NCBI GenBank assembly: GCA_051362555.1
Contig: CM120641.1
Location: forward strand, 23,442,401-23,506,400
Direction: 5' to 3'
From: Lingula anatina
Lineage: Eukaryota; Animalia; Brachiopoda
DNA length: 64,000 nucleotides
Positions 12,633 through 26,600 of this stretch are shown piece after piece. A model generated the notes under the pieces. That model was not told the DNA's origin and made no database searches. It saw only the letters and a program-made list of their open reading frames with translations. A program made the position numbers and the translations under genes. The first letter of the stretch is position 1. The number at the start of each line of letters is the position of its first letter.

Positions 12633-15600
12633 TCATGGAAACTGTTCTTTCTTTACCATATTTACAAACCATGCCAGCATAATTATTGCCACAAGTAAAA
12701 GGAGAAAAATAAAAGTTTCCTTTTGATACTTTCTCTCTTGATTGGGACTCTTAAGCCCAGACCTTAAGGAAAAGTATGTGTTTTCCCAAGCAGAAAAGAT
12801 TGCATCTCGTGCTCCCTCCCATGTATGAGGGCCACATAAACGGTGCTGGTAGGGAAAACATGGACCAAAGTAACACTTAAAGGCCAAGACGGGATCTGTC
12901 CATATCTGCCGCCAAAAGCATGTTCCAACTCCCAGTAGCTCTGCAATGTCATCTCTTAAAACTAAATTATTTACCTGTAAATATAGAAAACTTCTGCTTG
13001 TCAAACAATCCATTTCAATTCATTCTTTATGTCAGAGGAGACCAGTTTATAGGAACAAGAGTATATATCATTAATGTAGTGGTCTTGTAATAAACATAGC
13101 TACTCCATCTTTAGATACCACACTGACATCTAGAGGTGGAGGTCTTAACTTAAATAAAGATGTCCATTTTGCATTAAAGCTAACTACGCTTTCACCAGGC
13201 TCAAAATTTTAAAAAATAATAACTCCACGTTTTTTTTTTTTTTATGAGGCAAACATGCTTTGAAAATAAAAAATAAATTCACCTTTTTCATCTTTGGAGA
13301 GCTCCTATCGGTTTTGACATATTTCTTTTGCATAACTTGAACATCTCTTTTCATAACTTTAGCACTTGGTAGAACACACCTTCCAGCCATCACTCTGGTC
13401 GCCCAACGTGCCTGCAGCTCCACAACAGGAAACACAGGTCCAGCAGTAGTCACACAGCCCACCACTGCTAGGGAGGGGTGGGGCAAGTCGGTGGGGAAGA
13501 CCAGCTTATATAAGTCAAAGTTCTTGAGAGCAACTGGAAAATTGTAATACATAGATGAAAAATGGAAAAGGAAGCAATACAACAAAATTTTAAATCTGTA
13601 TTTACATAATTCAGAACTGAAGATTGGATAATGTATAACTTAGTGCTGAAGTGAAAATTGATAAAAATTCCAAGAAAATGCTTTCTCCTTTTTATCACAT
13701 ATATTGAGGCTTGATGTGCATTGTATGTGTAAAATTTTGCCTTGCTTTGTAAGTTTTACCTTTGTTTCTCAATTACCTGAAACTTTGTCAACAAAGCTGT
13801 AAGAATGATTATATCCAGTGGCAAATATCACTACATCTATTCTGTCAACACAGGTTCCATCTTCAAACATGGCTTTATTCCCTTCTAGTCTGATTAGATG
13901 TGGTTTGACAGCCACCTTCCCTGTTGCCAAACTCAGTGGTAACTCATCGCAAAACATTACGGCTGATGTTAAAGCCAGAGGCCCTTCGTCCAACACTTCT
14001 GGCTGAAGACCAAATGCAGTGTGGTCTAAATGGCTCTGAGCTATAATTTTTGCTATTCTTTTAGTTAACCAGCTAGGCATTTTTGAAAGAAAGCGTCTTA
14101 ACTGAAAGTCAGCTGGCTGTCCTTGGTTGACCTTGTTCATGATCCAGGTGCCATTTCCAATGGATAAAAATGTCTGAAAATAGAAAACAAATATGTCCAT
14201 AGTCGTTATGCTGAAGTATGTAACAGGTGTCTAGAGTAAGGACACAATAGAGCAAACTTGATGGACTGTGAATTTTTATTTTTTATATCTTAATAAATAT
14301 ACTTATTTTTAAATTCAAAAACCAAAATGTGCATAAATTCACAATGACTTGGGACTGCCAGAGAGCCACTTTTCTGAATACTTCTTTTATCAGTAACAAT
14401 TTCTATTTTAATATTTTTTGATGCAGACGGTCTTGCTAGAGAGTATGGAATATTTCAAAAACTAAAAACAATGTGATTTTCTCTGTTCTGTTAAGGCACT
14501 TTTCACATTGATTTTCCTGATTAGCAATGACTGACAAAGATATTTACCTGACCATGTGCCAGGTCACCCCAAGGACTCAGAGTTTCATGGGTAATTTTTT
14601 TGCACAGATATTTCTGTTTACTTTCTGTGTCAAGATAAGAAGGTCAAATTTAAGACCAGTTATTTGAAGAAGTGCAGATTAAAGCCTTAATTATCTCTGC
14701 TGTGTGTGTATTTGACCTTACTGCAGTCACAGCACTGGTATTCAACTGGAATATTCCATATATTTTAGAAGGAGTTTACCAAAAAAAGGACTCACTTTCT
14801 CAGCTACCCGACCAACATCTACTGCGATGTCCCCAGCAGAGTTGCTATTACCTGTTGAATTTAAGCATTACTAAATTAAATAATCAAAGAATCACCTTCA
14901 AAGACTAAAATATGAGAATATAAGTTATAGGAAAAAATCAATTTCTTCTGAAGGTACACAATATCAACATCAACTGTTTCATTAATGTCGTAAAAGTATT
15001 TTTCATCAAAGTACAAACAATTTAGTTAAATCTTATAAAGCTAAAGACATTAACCTTACCAACAACAAGAACTGTTTTATCTCTGAACTCCTCAGGTCTT
15101 CTGTAGTGTTTAGCATGCATTATTCTACCCGTAAACTCTTCCTTGCCTGGAATGTCTGGATACCAAGCCTTCCAAAAGAAACCACTTGCTAAAATTATAT
15201 CATCAAATGTATCTGTGATCACTTCACCTTGGTCATTTTGTACCTTGACGGTCCAACTCCCAGTGGAATTGTAGTCTTGAGCAGGCTCTACCTCTAACAC
15301 TTTTGTATTAAAACTAATGTGCTGTAGTAGACCAAACTGCTTGGCATATTCATCAAGATATTGCTTGACCAGCCTGTGTGTGAGGTACATGGGGAAATGT
15401 TTGGGGAATGGATAATCGCTGAAGCAGGTCATCTCTTTGCTAGTATTGGTCACCAGGCAGTCGTAGACTGCCCCTCCCTGGTATGGCTTTGGTTCTTCTG
15501 TGAACGTCCATAAACCACCTTGAAAAAACACCATAACTATATTCATTTCTTATTTGGGTACTTCAGCTTTGCAATACTTGGTTGCAGAAAATCGATGTGG

Positions 15601-16656
15601 GGAAGTAACGTCATGGATAAACCCCCTAACCACCAGCGACATAGTATCAGAGATGCCAACCTCTAAAAAAATCTAAAATCTGGAGATTCTAAAATTTTCC
15701 TCAGTGGGGGAAGGGAGTGGTCACAGCCCTTGTGCTCAGAGCGACCACTCTCTCAACCCCCCCTCCCCACCCCAAGGTGAGGTGAGTTTTAAAAACCGAC
15801 ATTCTTTTGATTTGGGTATTTGAGACAGGAAGCCAACTGAGAATGATGTAAATGTTCAAAGTCGCTTTTATGCAGGAGATTTGGTTACCCGTATTGGAGA
15901 CCGAGAGATTTGTTCTGTATCCAGGAGGCTCCCCGAATATCCGGGGGAGTTGACATACATGTACTGTAGTATGGACAACAGACTGAAAGAAAATTTGATG
16001 AAAAACATTGCAGTGAGCAATTAAAATTCATTTTGAAAGTGCACTAATCGCATTTGTCATGGACCCTTCAGGGCTTTAGGTTGAACAGGACAGGTGAGCA
16101 ATGTCACCTAAGCCCTGAAATTCTTTCTAGCTTATCCAATACTTCAAATTGAGGGATTTTAATTCAGTATTGATATCCTAGTTTTCTTTATATAGCAACA
16201 TTTACTTGGAATTTTTTTTAATATACAAAAATTTTGACAATATATTAATGAACTAGTACGTATTGGTCAAAGTACATGTATATAATTGCATATACGAGAC
16301 TAGAAGAATTCTCGGTATTTCCCGGCTGGCTTGCCGTGCTTATGCACTCCCCACCTCCTTGGATTAGAACGTAAGGAGTCTTTGGTTTTCTAAGTTCGGT
16401 TACGTGGTGACTTTGACTAAGGTCTCTGCTTTTCAAATAAATTAGTGAAACGATTAACTTATTTTTACACAATAGTTTCAAACTTTTTGACCAATGGGAT
16501 AACATCAATAGGCTTGAAGTCGAACAGCCTACCTAGGTCTTCGCACTGTTCGTAACACACTGGCTCTAAATCTTCTTCCAGGCAAGCCTTGATGCTAGTC
16601 AGCCCGCTCGCTCCAGCTCCAATCACAGCAACTCGGCGTCTTTCTCTATCACACAT
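12633..16656 (-). CDS. Flavin-containing monooxygenase (dimethylaniline monooxygenase family), 6 coding exons, 542 aa
   Basis: Exons 16656-16533, 15518-15060, 14851-14796, 14173-13777, 13533-13283, 12974-12633 have GT-AG sites with matching phases (1629 nt). FAD motif [27 protein letters not shown] fingerprint [25 protein letters not shown]-terminal hydrophobic anchor. An acceptor at 16676-16677 implies an upstream non-coding exon. Confidence 0.96.
15648..15966. mobile_element. Degenerate MITE-like insertion (hAT-like termini) in FMO intron
   Basis: Left end CAGAGATGCCAACC versus right end GAGTTGACATACATG (imperfect inverted repeat), GGAGA subterminal motifs, GC-rich relative to the intron, tagtat on both flanks. 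Confidence 0.42.
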
Positions 16657-18336
16657 ATTGTGCTCTAAAACCACCCTGTAACTGTTCTAACAACACTCTA
16701 CTTCATGTAGGCCCTACTTCCCTATCTCACTCTATACAAAATGTAGGCTAAATAAAAACATTGCTTTAGTTGTGATAACACACTTACCGCTTTTGTGGTG
16801 ATAACACACCTACCGCATTCTGCGTCTATGATTTGCTCAATTTTCAGTTGATCATTTAATGATAATGAATTCAACCGTTCTGGGCCATCTTTTTTTATTA
16901 ACAAGGAGTTGGAACTCCTTGTTATTACAAAAATGTACAAAATATTATGGCATAGCAGAGGGATTTGCATTTTCTGTTGGATGAAGATGACGAGTAAGAC
17001 CTTCAAAAGACTACCCCAAACATCTGAAAGGATACAGTACTATTTTTTTTACTACAGAATTGATGACTTTATACTATATAGGCCCATAAAATAAAAGAAA
17101 ATTAAGCATTTCATTCAACAGCTGAATATAAGTAGCTTTTTATCTGCTAGGTCCCAGATGTAGAAAGCAAACTGAAATACAAATGAATATCGTGGGAATC
17201 TTTTCCAACATATTTTGGTAGGCTAGGTAGCCTACTCTTAACAATAATGATCCATGGATGTTTAATAAACAAAAAATTAAGTACATTCATGGATATATAA
17301 AATAATTACTAACTATCATATGTTACATATTCTCATAATCCAATCAGGGCTTTATGCCTAGTTTCAAAAATGTAAATGGATATTATAATAAGAATATCCA
17401 CATGTTTATTTGCTTATGCACAATGTGACTTTACAACTTTTAAAATACAGGGTTTCTCAGAAGAGTTTTTTTTTTTTTTAATTTGGGATAAATTTCTTCA
17501 CTGTTTGATGTAAGTTACTGCCACTTTTTTGGACAAAGGCATAAAAACTCATCGTATTCATCGAATTTGAGTATACAATTGAATTTGTCTTTACATTATC
17601 AATTTAATATCAATACAATAACTTGTTAATTTTTGTGTCTTAAGCGTTGTTCAATTTCTCCCCCAATGTATCAAGGTTAATGGGGTTTACTCACATTATA
17701 TCAGATGTGTCAGGGGTCAGTTCACAGGGTTAATCAATGGTGTTCGTGCTCGCTGCTGATTAAGACAAGTCGCGTGAACCCCAAGGCTGTCCACATTGAT
17801 TCCTTGACCATGCTGATTAATTCTTCCTCATTACGTGAATTGTCTTACGTATCCACGGATTACGTGGTATAGCTCCAAATAATATTTAATTATTGTGGAT
17901 TGTGGAACAAGACTGCTCTAAGCAATGTAGTGGATTTGAAATCCAGACTGGTCTCTTTGTACACTTGAGAGCAGAACACTTTAGTTTTAAGGGAATTATT
18001 GCAATTACGGTTATACAGTAATTAGGGAGTAGACTGCTCTGAATTTTCTCTGCCTTGAAAATAGACCTCACAAAAGACATTCAACACATGATAATGAAGG
18101 CTTTGAACAATTCAAGTAGGCCCTCTAACTTCTGCATCTCCCTAAATATTCAAAATTGAGGAAACGGCACAAAAAAGTGATTTTTAAGAGACTCTCTTTG
18201 TGGGACATCTTCTCAGGAAAGTAAAAGCGATAAAAATACTAAATTGAGTTAAATCCAGTTTTGTCGTTTTTATACACAGCTCTAGGTGGCTGTGCATAAC
18301 GTTAATGCAAAGAACGGGTGTTTTCCCCCGCCTATC

Positions 18337-18337
<1 letters not shown>

Positions 18338-18371
<34 letters not shown>

Positions 18372-18372
18372 T
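18338..18372. repeat. (TTTA)n microsatellite
   Basis: Direct reading. Confidence 0.9.
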
Positions 18373-21300
18373 TATAGAGAGAGGTCAGCGTACATGTAAC
18401 TTGTTACAGAGAAACGCATATTCTACTGGCAAGTGTTTATCATCGTGTCTACTTTCTAGTTAAAAATACAAGGATACATTAAACACTGGGAAATTACAAT
18501 CAACACACTAGGTACTGACAAGCATACAGGTCCCGACAAGTAAACACCGCAGGCACGCACCACAAAATGAAATTGTTTTCCTTTGGCATTTGTTGAAATG
18601 ATAAATCATACTTTTCGAACGACGCTCGGACTTCTACACCATTCCGTCTCAAATGCAGGGGATTATCCAGGAAAGGCAGATAACGAAACAGAGAGAGAGA
18701 GGGGTGGTGGTTATTGTCGATATAGCGTATACATGATACCAGTTTGTCAACGAAAACCAAAAACAAGCTTTAAAGACCTATGCTTTCAACGTTTTATAAT
18801 GTGAAGGAAGCAATTACAAAATAGATACGAGTGCAATCTGGCAGCTTTCATGTTAACCTCATGTACAGGTCACACGTGGAGCTGCTCTGTTGGAATAATA
18901 AATTATACGGGTTATGACACCAAAAAGCTACATGTCAAGCCATGAATAGAGCTCAGGCACTCGGTTTCGGACACTCAGTCGATATTATTGCTTCTTTTAA
19001 AGTTCTCTGTTCGTTCATGCTTTACAACTTTAAGATCTAGATATCAAAGCTGTTAGCATTTTTTCTTATCATGATCAGTCTAGATTAAAATTTACAAAGT
19101 GTGCATACTGTTTATTTCTGAAAGTGCCCCTTGTTTCATCAGGTCTGCGTGTATTGTTTGATGTATTATACAGGGCCTAGTTTGTGGCTATTATTTTGGA
19201 TTTTATAAAATGTGTCTATCTCAAAGATTAAAAAAGTGATAGGCTATATCAGAATATTTTAGCTAAATGTATATATTGTTATACACTTGTAACTGGTCTA
19301 GTAGTAAAACTTAATAAGGGCAAAACCCCAGCAAGTATAAAACGTGTCTTCCCTATGCCCCTCTTATAGAATAGATGATATTGGCAGATGTATATCAGAT
19401 ATAACGCGAGTTTGAAAACATGCAGTGTATTCCAGCTGTATCATAATCGCGGTACATGGAAGCTGTATTTGTTGAATTAGGATGAGTTGATATATAGATT
19501 AACCTTGTAAGTGAATGAGTAACAAAACAGGAGCTGGGGAGGAGTTCTGGAACTGATAGACCTACTGTGAAATCGATCTGTGTACAGCCACCGTCTCCCC
19601 TTCCAGCAAAATGGCAAATTGTGCAAAAATGACTCAGCTGGTTACCAAGGCAATAAGGGTCTGTATTTTCAGTAATTAGAAAGTTAAATTTGCCTTGTGG
19701 TAGAGAATAAAAGCTGGATTTAAAAATCGAATCATAACTGATCAAAGAGCGCGTCTGTTCACTCTCCGTGCAGATGCTGCAGATGCCGATAACCCGAATT
19801 AACGACTATTAGAGGTAAGGGAGCGTTTTTTCTTCCGTTGCTAAACGTCTCTAGGATGAATTTTCGTACTTTTTTGCTTTATAATTTTAGTGAAAACTTC
19901 AGTGATGTATTACGGTTTGAGTTATATGAAATTATATTTATATTTTGGTATCAAATTAGCGTAGACTGGTACAATACAAGGTGAAAAAGTAAACTTGACA
20001 GCGGATTATGTTTGAAAATCTTATAGTTCTGGTCATTGAAATTGGGTACAAAATTTCCTTCTTTATTCCCATTTGCTTTGATTGAATCCTTTAAAACGTT
20101 GCACGCGGATTTCGCATAGTTCAAATATTTTTGAAGAAAAAAAATTGAAATAATCGTGAGAAGAAGGTGAAAAGATATAAACACAACTAAGGTAAAAATT
20201 GGATTAAAGTAAAAACGACATGTCAGACAAATTCGGAGGTAATTTCGTGCAATCCCTTTCCATGCAAATCGGATTTTTGCATGAGTAGCTCACTGTGCTT
20301 GACGGGAATTAAGCAGCTTAAGTCTTAACACTGCTGCGTTTCACCGACTCCACGTTAATCCCGGTAATGCACAAAAACTCAGGGAGTTTCCTTGAAATCT
20401 GACAAGATCTTGGAGCCAATTAGTCATCGACAGACGACATCCTAATTAAAGCACAAACCTGTCATCAGATATTAAGTTAATTTGATAAAATACTGGAATA
20501 AATGATCAATGAACTTGAAAAAATATGTCGACATTGTAATTTTCACGCCAAGTTGTGATAACAAGGACTCGGAGCATTTCGGCTAGAATTGCCTTGAGAG
20601 ACAGACGCTTAAAAGGATTTCCTTTTTCCCCAAAACCCATGAAATACACTCAATATAAACTGTGAGAAAATATGTGGAATAGTGATACGATGAAATATAA
20701 AATTCGACACTCCTTATTTTTTCCAGTTATCCTGTCTTTCTTTTACATTTATTATTATTATTTTTTTTTTTTTTTTGCTGTCATTGATCATATGAGAGGT
20801 AACGAAAGCGAACAAAGAGTTGAGATAGTTTTAACTCAAAACAAAGAAAAATCATGCAAAAAAAAGAGGTTGGAAAAAATTTCAGAGACTTTTTAATAAA
20901 GACTTCTTTAAAAAAATTAAAACGAAAAATATGATCTGTAATATCTTTTCTCACCGTCATTCTTTGTCATTATTATGGATTTTCTGTATTTCTTTGTTCA
21001 TTATCTTGCAAAATGTTGCGGTTTTTTTGTTTACAGGTGGGCATTTGCGCGTAAATAACACATCAGAAAAAGAAAAGCGACGGTGAAAAAAATTTAACCA
21101 ACCGCCATATGCTGGTAAACTATCGCTAAAGGGAACTGTAGAACTTGGATCAATAGACTCGACTGAAGTGACTAAGCCCAACGCCGCGCTCCATCCACTG
21201 CAACCAATTTTTACTTAAGTTATTAACAGGACCTTAATAATTCTGTTATCTGGTGAATAACACAAGACAAGACCATGGCTGTGTGGCTAAGGATGTTAAT

Positions 21301-21851
21301 GGTGGTTAGATGATCGTGACTGTAAGTTGTCTTTGTTGTTATTTTTGGACATGTAGTTCAGCTTCTTCCGTGACTTGTTTTACCTATTTTGGAGGGGTGA
21401 TATATTTTACAAATCAGACGTACAATATTATTCTTTCAGTGTTTTCAAAATGATAAGCAACCTACAGCATTAGTTAGTTTCTTTCTGTAAGCTGCTTATT
21501 CCAAGATCTATCATTATTCAATCAACGCCTCTGTCGCCAAAATAGCTGCTGCAAACCTTCTTGTCAGTAAAAAAGTTATAATTGTTGTTCTAAAAAGACA
21601 TCACAGGAAAATATCCCCCCGAGATATCCGCTTTAATTAGTATTCACCTTTTTGTACAAATCAAGTTTGTTTGATCTGGCATTATGACTTCCAGCACCTC
21701 GCGTCCTCTGGCAGGCCTATTCCTCTAGTATGGCTGGCCAGAGTTATGACGAGTAAAATTAAGAATAATTACAATGAACACGCGATACAGGATCTTTCCA
21801 CCCGTCCTGGTCGCTAAATACCTTGATATGCGTGGACCCATGCCAGTAGTG

Positions 21852-21902
<51 letters not shown>

Positions 21903-21910
21903 AGAGAGAG
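21852..21910. repeat. Compound (GT)n(AG)n microsatellite
   Basis: Direct reading. Confidence 0.95.
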
Positions 21911-22576
21911 ATCAAAATGCAGGCGGACACGTATGACATGTATTCACACTGACCACGTCGGTTTTCGCAAGAGATAAACGTTGTACAAAGTCGCGTCAAG
22001 TGTTTTTACCCTACGGAAAATTTAGTACTGCAGGTCCACAGGCGTCAAAAGTACATGTTTTTTCCTCGCTGCTGGCGTCACATAGTTTCAAAATGACACA
22101 CTACACGTGAAGGGTCTATGTACAGCCAGATGACCAGAATACCTGATAGTAGAGGTGGAAAATGAACTAATATCGCTTTAAGTAATGCACTTTAATTACT
22201 ATCTTATGGAGATTGGCTCAGTTTCAGAAGATACACTTCTCGCACAAACAACAACGCCGGGATCTACCGTTGGTCACAAATTAGTTCAACTGGAATAGAC
22301 GAAAACACCATACCTTCGGCACCATAATTTCACTTACACATCATACATATTCTTATATATTTTTCCATCATGTCATTCAGTATTTAACTTCCATAATACC
22401 CCATGTTTTATACATTTTGTTTTCTTCGGTGCCACTAATTTCATAATCCATAAGTGTTAAAGAGAAATTTCGTTGCAATTAATATAATAGTATGTCACAT
22501 ACTTTTTAATAGACATAGTTCATAGTATACTCTTACAAATATGCAGGTTTTAATTGCTTCTTTCTTAGAAGCAAGA

Positions 22577-22665
22577 GGTCCCCTTTGATCAGATGGTTGT
22601 ATATGGGCCGCATCGTCAGACTGCGTGGCGCTGGTACGGGTTCGAACGACCTGCGGGTGTTTTTT
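22577..22665 (+). pseudogene. Possible decayed tRNA or tRNA-derived SINE head
   Basis: A-box-like TGATCAGATGG, B-box-like GGTTCGAAC (22639-22647), then a T6 run (22660-22665). No intact cloverleaf seen. Confidence 0.3.
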
Positions 22666-23630
22666 ACCATTTATTTTACGGCTTTGTTAATATACTTTAT
22701 CATCTTTATGGTGATTCATCTTTTTGATTTTTAAGGGGAAACCCAGTGTTCCCATTTAAACCGGCGGCAGCGTTCCACATGTATGGAATAGTTGAGTCGT
22801 GGTCTCCAGGCACATCGTCCTATCAACAGCTTTGTGTTGTTATTGCTGCAAGCTACAGTAATGATTTGAGGCCGCCTATGGATAAGGTTCGGATGTAGAC
22901 ATAAACATGAAGTATTGTTCCTCCACAGCACAAATGACAAATTCTGTTATTAATGTGACATCTCAAAGCATCAATGTTCCACTGCAGTGCATTCATGATT
23001 GATAAAACGCAAACGAAAATATTATTTGTAATTACGAACATGTATGATTTCCATGAGGAAATTGACAAGAGGAACCGTTTATTCTCTAATTCAAACCAAA
23101 ATGATCTAGACTAAAGAATGCAATTTAACTGATAACTCACATGCAGCTGTGAGACATGCCTTAAATACTGAATTTATTATACTTCGGGAAATTTTTGTCA
23201 ATCTATTTGTCTTTAATATATATTAATCTTATCGTCGTCATCATCAATTTATCATTCATTTCTTTTCTTTCTTTCTTTTTAACAAATGTAGTTTTGTGCC
23301 TTCCACCTTCTCTGTCCTCTCCCCGCATTTAATATGCTTGTATCGCTGGCAGGTGAGCGAGATACCTGTGACAGCGCTGAACGCGTTCATATTCTACTTG
23401 AAAGGACACCAACAGAACACAGGTGCGTTACCGGAGTGAATTTGGGCACTTTCTTGGACTTTATCTAAGGTATTTGTGCTTAATTTTCATTCTCACTCCA
23501 TCTTGGCTATAGTAGGATTAGACGTTAGACTTGTGGGTATTTAGTTTTAAAATGTTGATGACTCTGGCTGTTCTACGTGTAAGCCTTCAACAGATTGGAA
23601 CAGAGCAACCCTGGCAATTTGTTATGAATG

Positions 23631-23634
<4 letters not shown>

Positions 23635-23670
<36 letters not shown>
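23635..23670. repeat. (AG)n microsatellite
   Basis: Direct reading. Confidence 0.95.
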
Positions 23671-23673
<3 letters not shown>

Positions 23674-26600
23674 TTATTGGTCTCGCAAAGTCAATTACCG
23701 TCTTTAATTTATTTTTAATTTCACTCATACATTATCTGTTTTGTCTTTTGTTTTACCTACCTATTCAACTTTTTCATATACATGCATTGGAAGGTGTATT
23801 AATCTTTCTCGAAAATATTAAAATCTGGCGTGACACCCTGTAAAATGTACCAGGTGGTCAATTTGAACTGACGTCGGTCAGTGATGGAGACCCCTATGAG
23901 TTCGTTACTAGAGATATGGATTTATATGTAGTTATTATAGAAACTAACTTAAGCGGATTTTTAGAGCTTAATCCAACAAAATAAAGAGGCTTTCAGAGAA
24001 ACGAGGATTTTGAGTGTCAAGCATTTTAGAAATTTTTACCCATGGGTGCTTATACATAATGTTCAAAATAATCACTGTCACTTTAACTATGGAAGTGACA
24101 GATGAGATAGACAATGACCTGGGGACACTTTCCTCTCTGGAAGGGGTCGGCGTTCACCAAAATAACCACTTAACTTGATCGTTAAAATGCCACGCAAATC
24201 AGAAGTCGTGTCATTTGATGTTGAGGATGTGTAAATGCTGTTTACCTTATACTTAACGAAAGCTCTTCTTTTATTCACATTTTATTGGAAGGGGGAAATG
24301 ACGGGGTAATATCACCAACATTACTGAAATGTGTATTAAAGTCAATCATAAGAACAAAGCAAATGGAGGCCAAGATTAGCTCATTAAGCAAGGGGAAATG
24401 AGGAACGCTATTTTTATTCTTGATTAAATTCCATGGAAGCTACATATTTAACCAATTCCTATGTCTGCTCGTCGTTTATCAGACGCCTGTATAACTATTT
24501 TAGTTTTGATAAATTATTTAATCAGAATTACGATCTTTGTTGCTCAATATCGGGGGTATTGTTTCTTTATCTGCAGGTTATTGTAGCCTAATCCTTGGGG
24601 TATTCAAATTACCCTGGGGAAGATCCAAAACTCTGCGGAGGGTAGTATGACTTAGCAAGTATATGTATTTGTTAACTAGCGTGACATTGTCCTTTAGATG
24701 TTACTTATCTTTAAAGATAGGAAATACACTGAAATATGTGTCTATATCGAAAGAATCATAAAAGAAGAAAGAAAAAAAGGGAGAAAAATTAAGAGAGAGA
24801 AAGAGAGAGAGAGTGGCGATATGAGACTTCATCTCTAAATTAAAGTTGTAGTTTGTCTATTTAAAGCAACCGGTGTTCATGGCTGAGGAAAAAACACTGT
24901 ACATGTACTAAATTTAGACTGGTTTCAAAGGCGTAAAAATGTGTTAAATAGTATGAAATATTGCTAGAACAAGGGATGCGCTTAGTCAGTCGGAAGTGAT
25001 AAATAATCACTGTGTCTTTTTTTACACATATTGTATCAAAGAAAGCTTCAAAATAACTTGTATTTAGATAACCGCACGATATTCTTGGGGTCGTACTTTT
25101 AATCGAAGCAACAAACAGACAAGGAGTACAAATGTTTCATTATCCCTGCGTGTTGCGTGATTCTGGTGCTGCAAGCGTTCCCCACTCCACCATTAACACC
25201 CCAGGTGTGAGAGGAGACCTTGCCAACTGCACGCTTTTTACTACAAGGACAGGCGCTCTAGTGCTGCTTTCAAGGTTTACCTGAGATACCTTAGGCTGAA
25301 AGGTAACATGCATCATCTTTTTCTCATTCGTAGGTGGAAACACATTTATTTACATACATATATGTAAGTGTGTATATGTGTACTTGGCATATATGATAGA
25401 TCTCTATGCGTGAGTGTTAAGGTGAGTGCTGAAGATCGGCAATATAGATGTCGTGTTATTAAGTTTGATGAACATAGGCAAGTTGGTTATGTTGTGTGGA
25501 TTGCAAAGTGTAGTGAGAAAAGGCACAAGCATTTCCTGAACGTGTTTGTGGCAATTCCTAGAATCTTGTTATTTTATTGCCAGCGAAGGGACAGCTGTGA
25601 CTGGTAGCTCAGAACGTTTAACACGAATCTGTACATAAGATATTCACGAGATCTTCACTACGGTCAGGAAAATGCGGTGAGTACAATGAAATTTAAGTAT
25701 GTGTTTTTCTTAGAAGTCGGATTCGCACGAGAGCGGTGTTATTCCCCGTGATCGATGGCACGCACGCACGTTCTTCACGTGCTATGTTCCATCTTTTCAC
25801 AATACACGAGGGTCTTAAACTTCCCTTTGTTATTAACTGCTTGTTCTGTTCCGATCAGCAAGCCAACGCCGACGAAGTGTTCAAGCATTGCGGCAGTATA
25901 CTCGTTTATAACGAATAGGTAAAACCAGCCAAACCGATCGAGTATCTCTTTCTCATCCCGCGTTTTCTCAACCAGTGTTGCTTAATGGCATGGGGGCAAA
26001 GTTTTGGCGCGATATGTCACATGGAGCGGATTATGATCACGCTTTATAGTGCTTTTCCATTATATATATTTTTCATTTAAAAAATTGTGTCCAAGATCGA
26101 TTCCTGAATCATATCTGCATTGCCATCTCTTATTATAACTTGTCGTAATCGATCTTGAATTTCCATTTTAATGCAGTTAAAGGTCTTAAAACATGTCAAA
26201 ACTAAGTCTTATCATGGTCAGTTGAAAAAAAATTTTTTCTGTACAGAAACCCGCCCTTTCCAGTATATCTCGTCGTAGTATGATGCCGTAAAAGAAAAGT
26301 GGGCTAACATTTTTGGCTCAGACATATATCACATTTTGTTTTGTGCCGTATTCTGATAACTCCTCCAGCAATCCGTTTGCTAAAAAGTATTGAGATTGCT
26401 ATTCTTACAGAAAGGTAAGAAAAACGATATCTCGTTAATTTTTGTACTTATAAATATATATGTTTAATATCATAAAAGATCTGCAAATAAATGGCATCTC
26501 TCTGCCTAACATATAAGCACCAACTTTTCAAAAGGTTCTTAAAGACCAAAGTGCGAGTTAACATTATATGCAGTGATCTTGTAATCTATGCTTACGCTGT

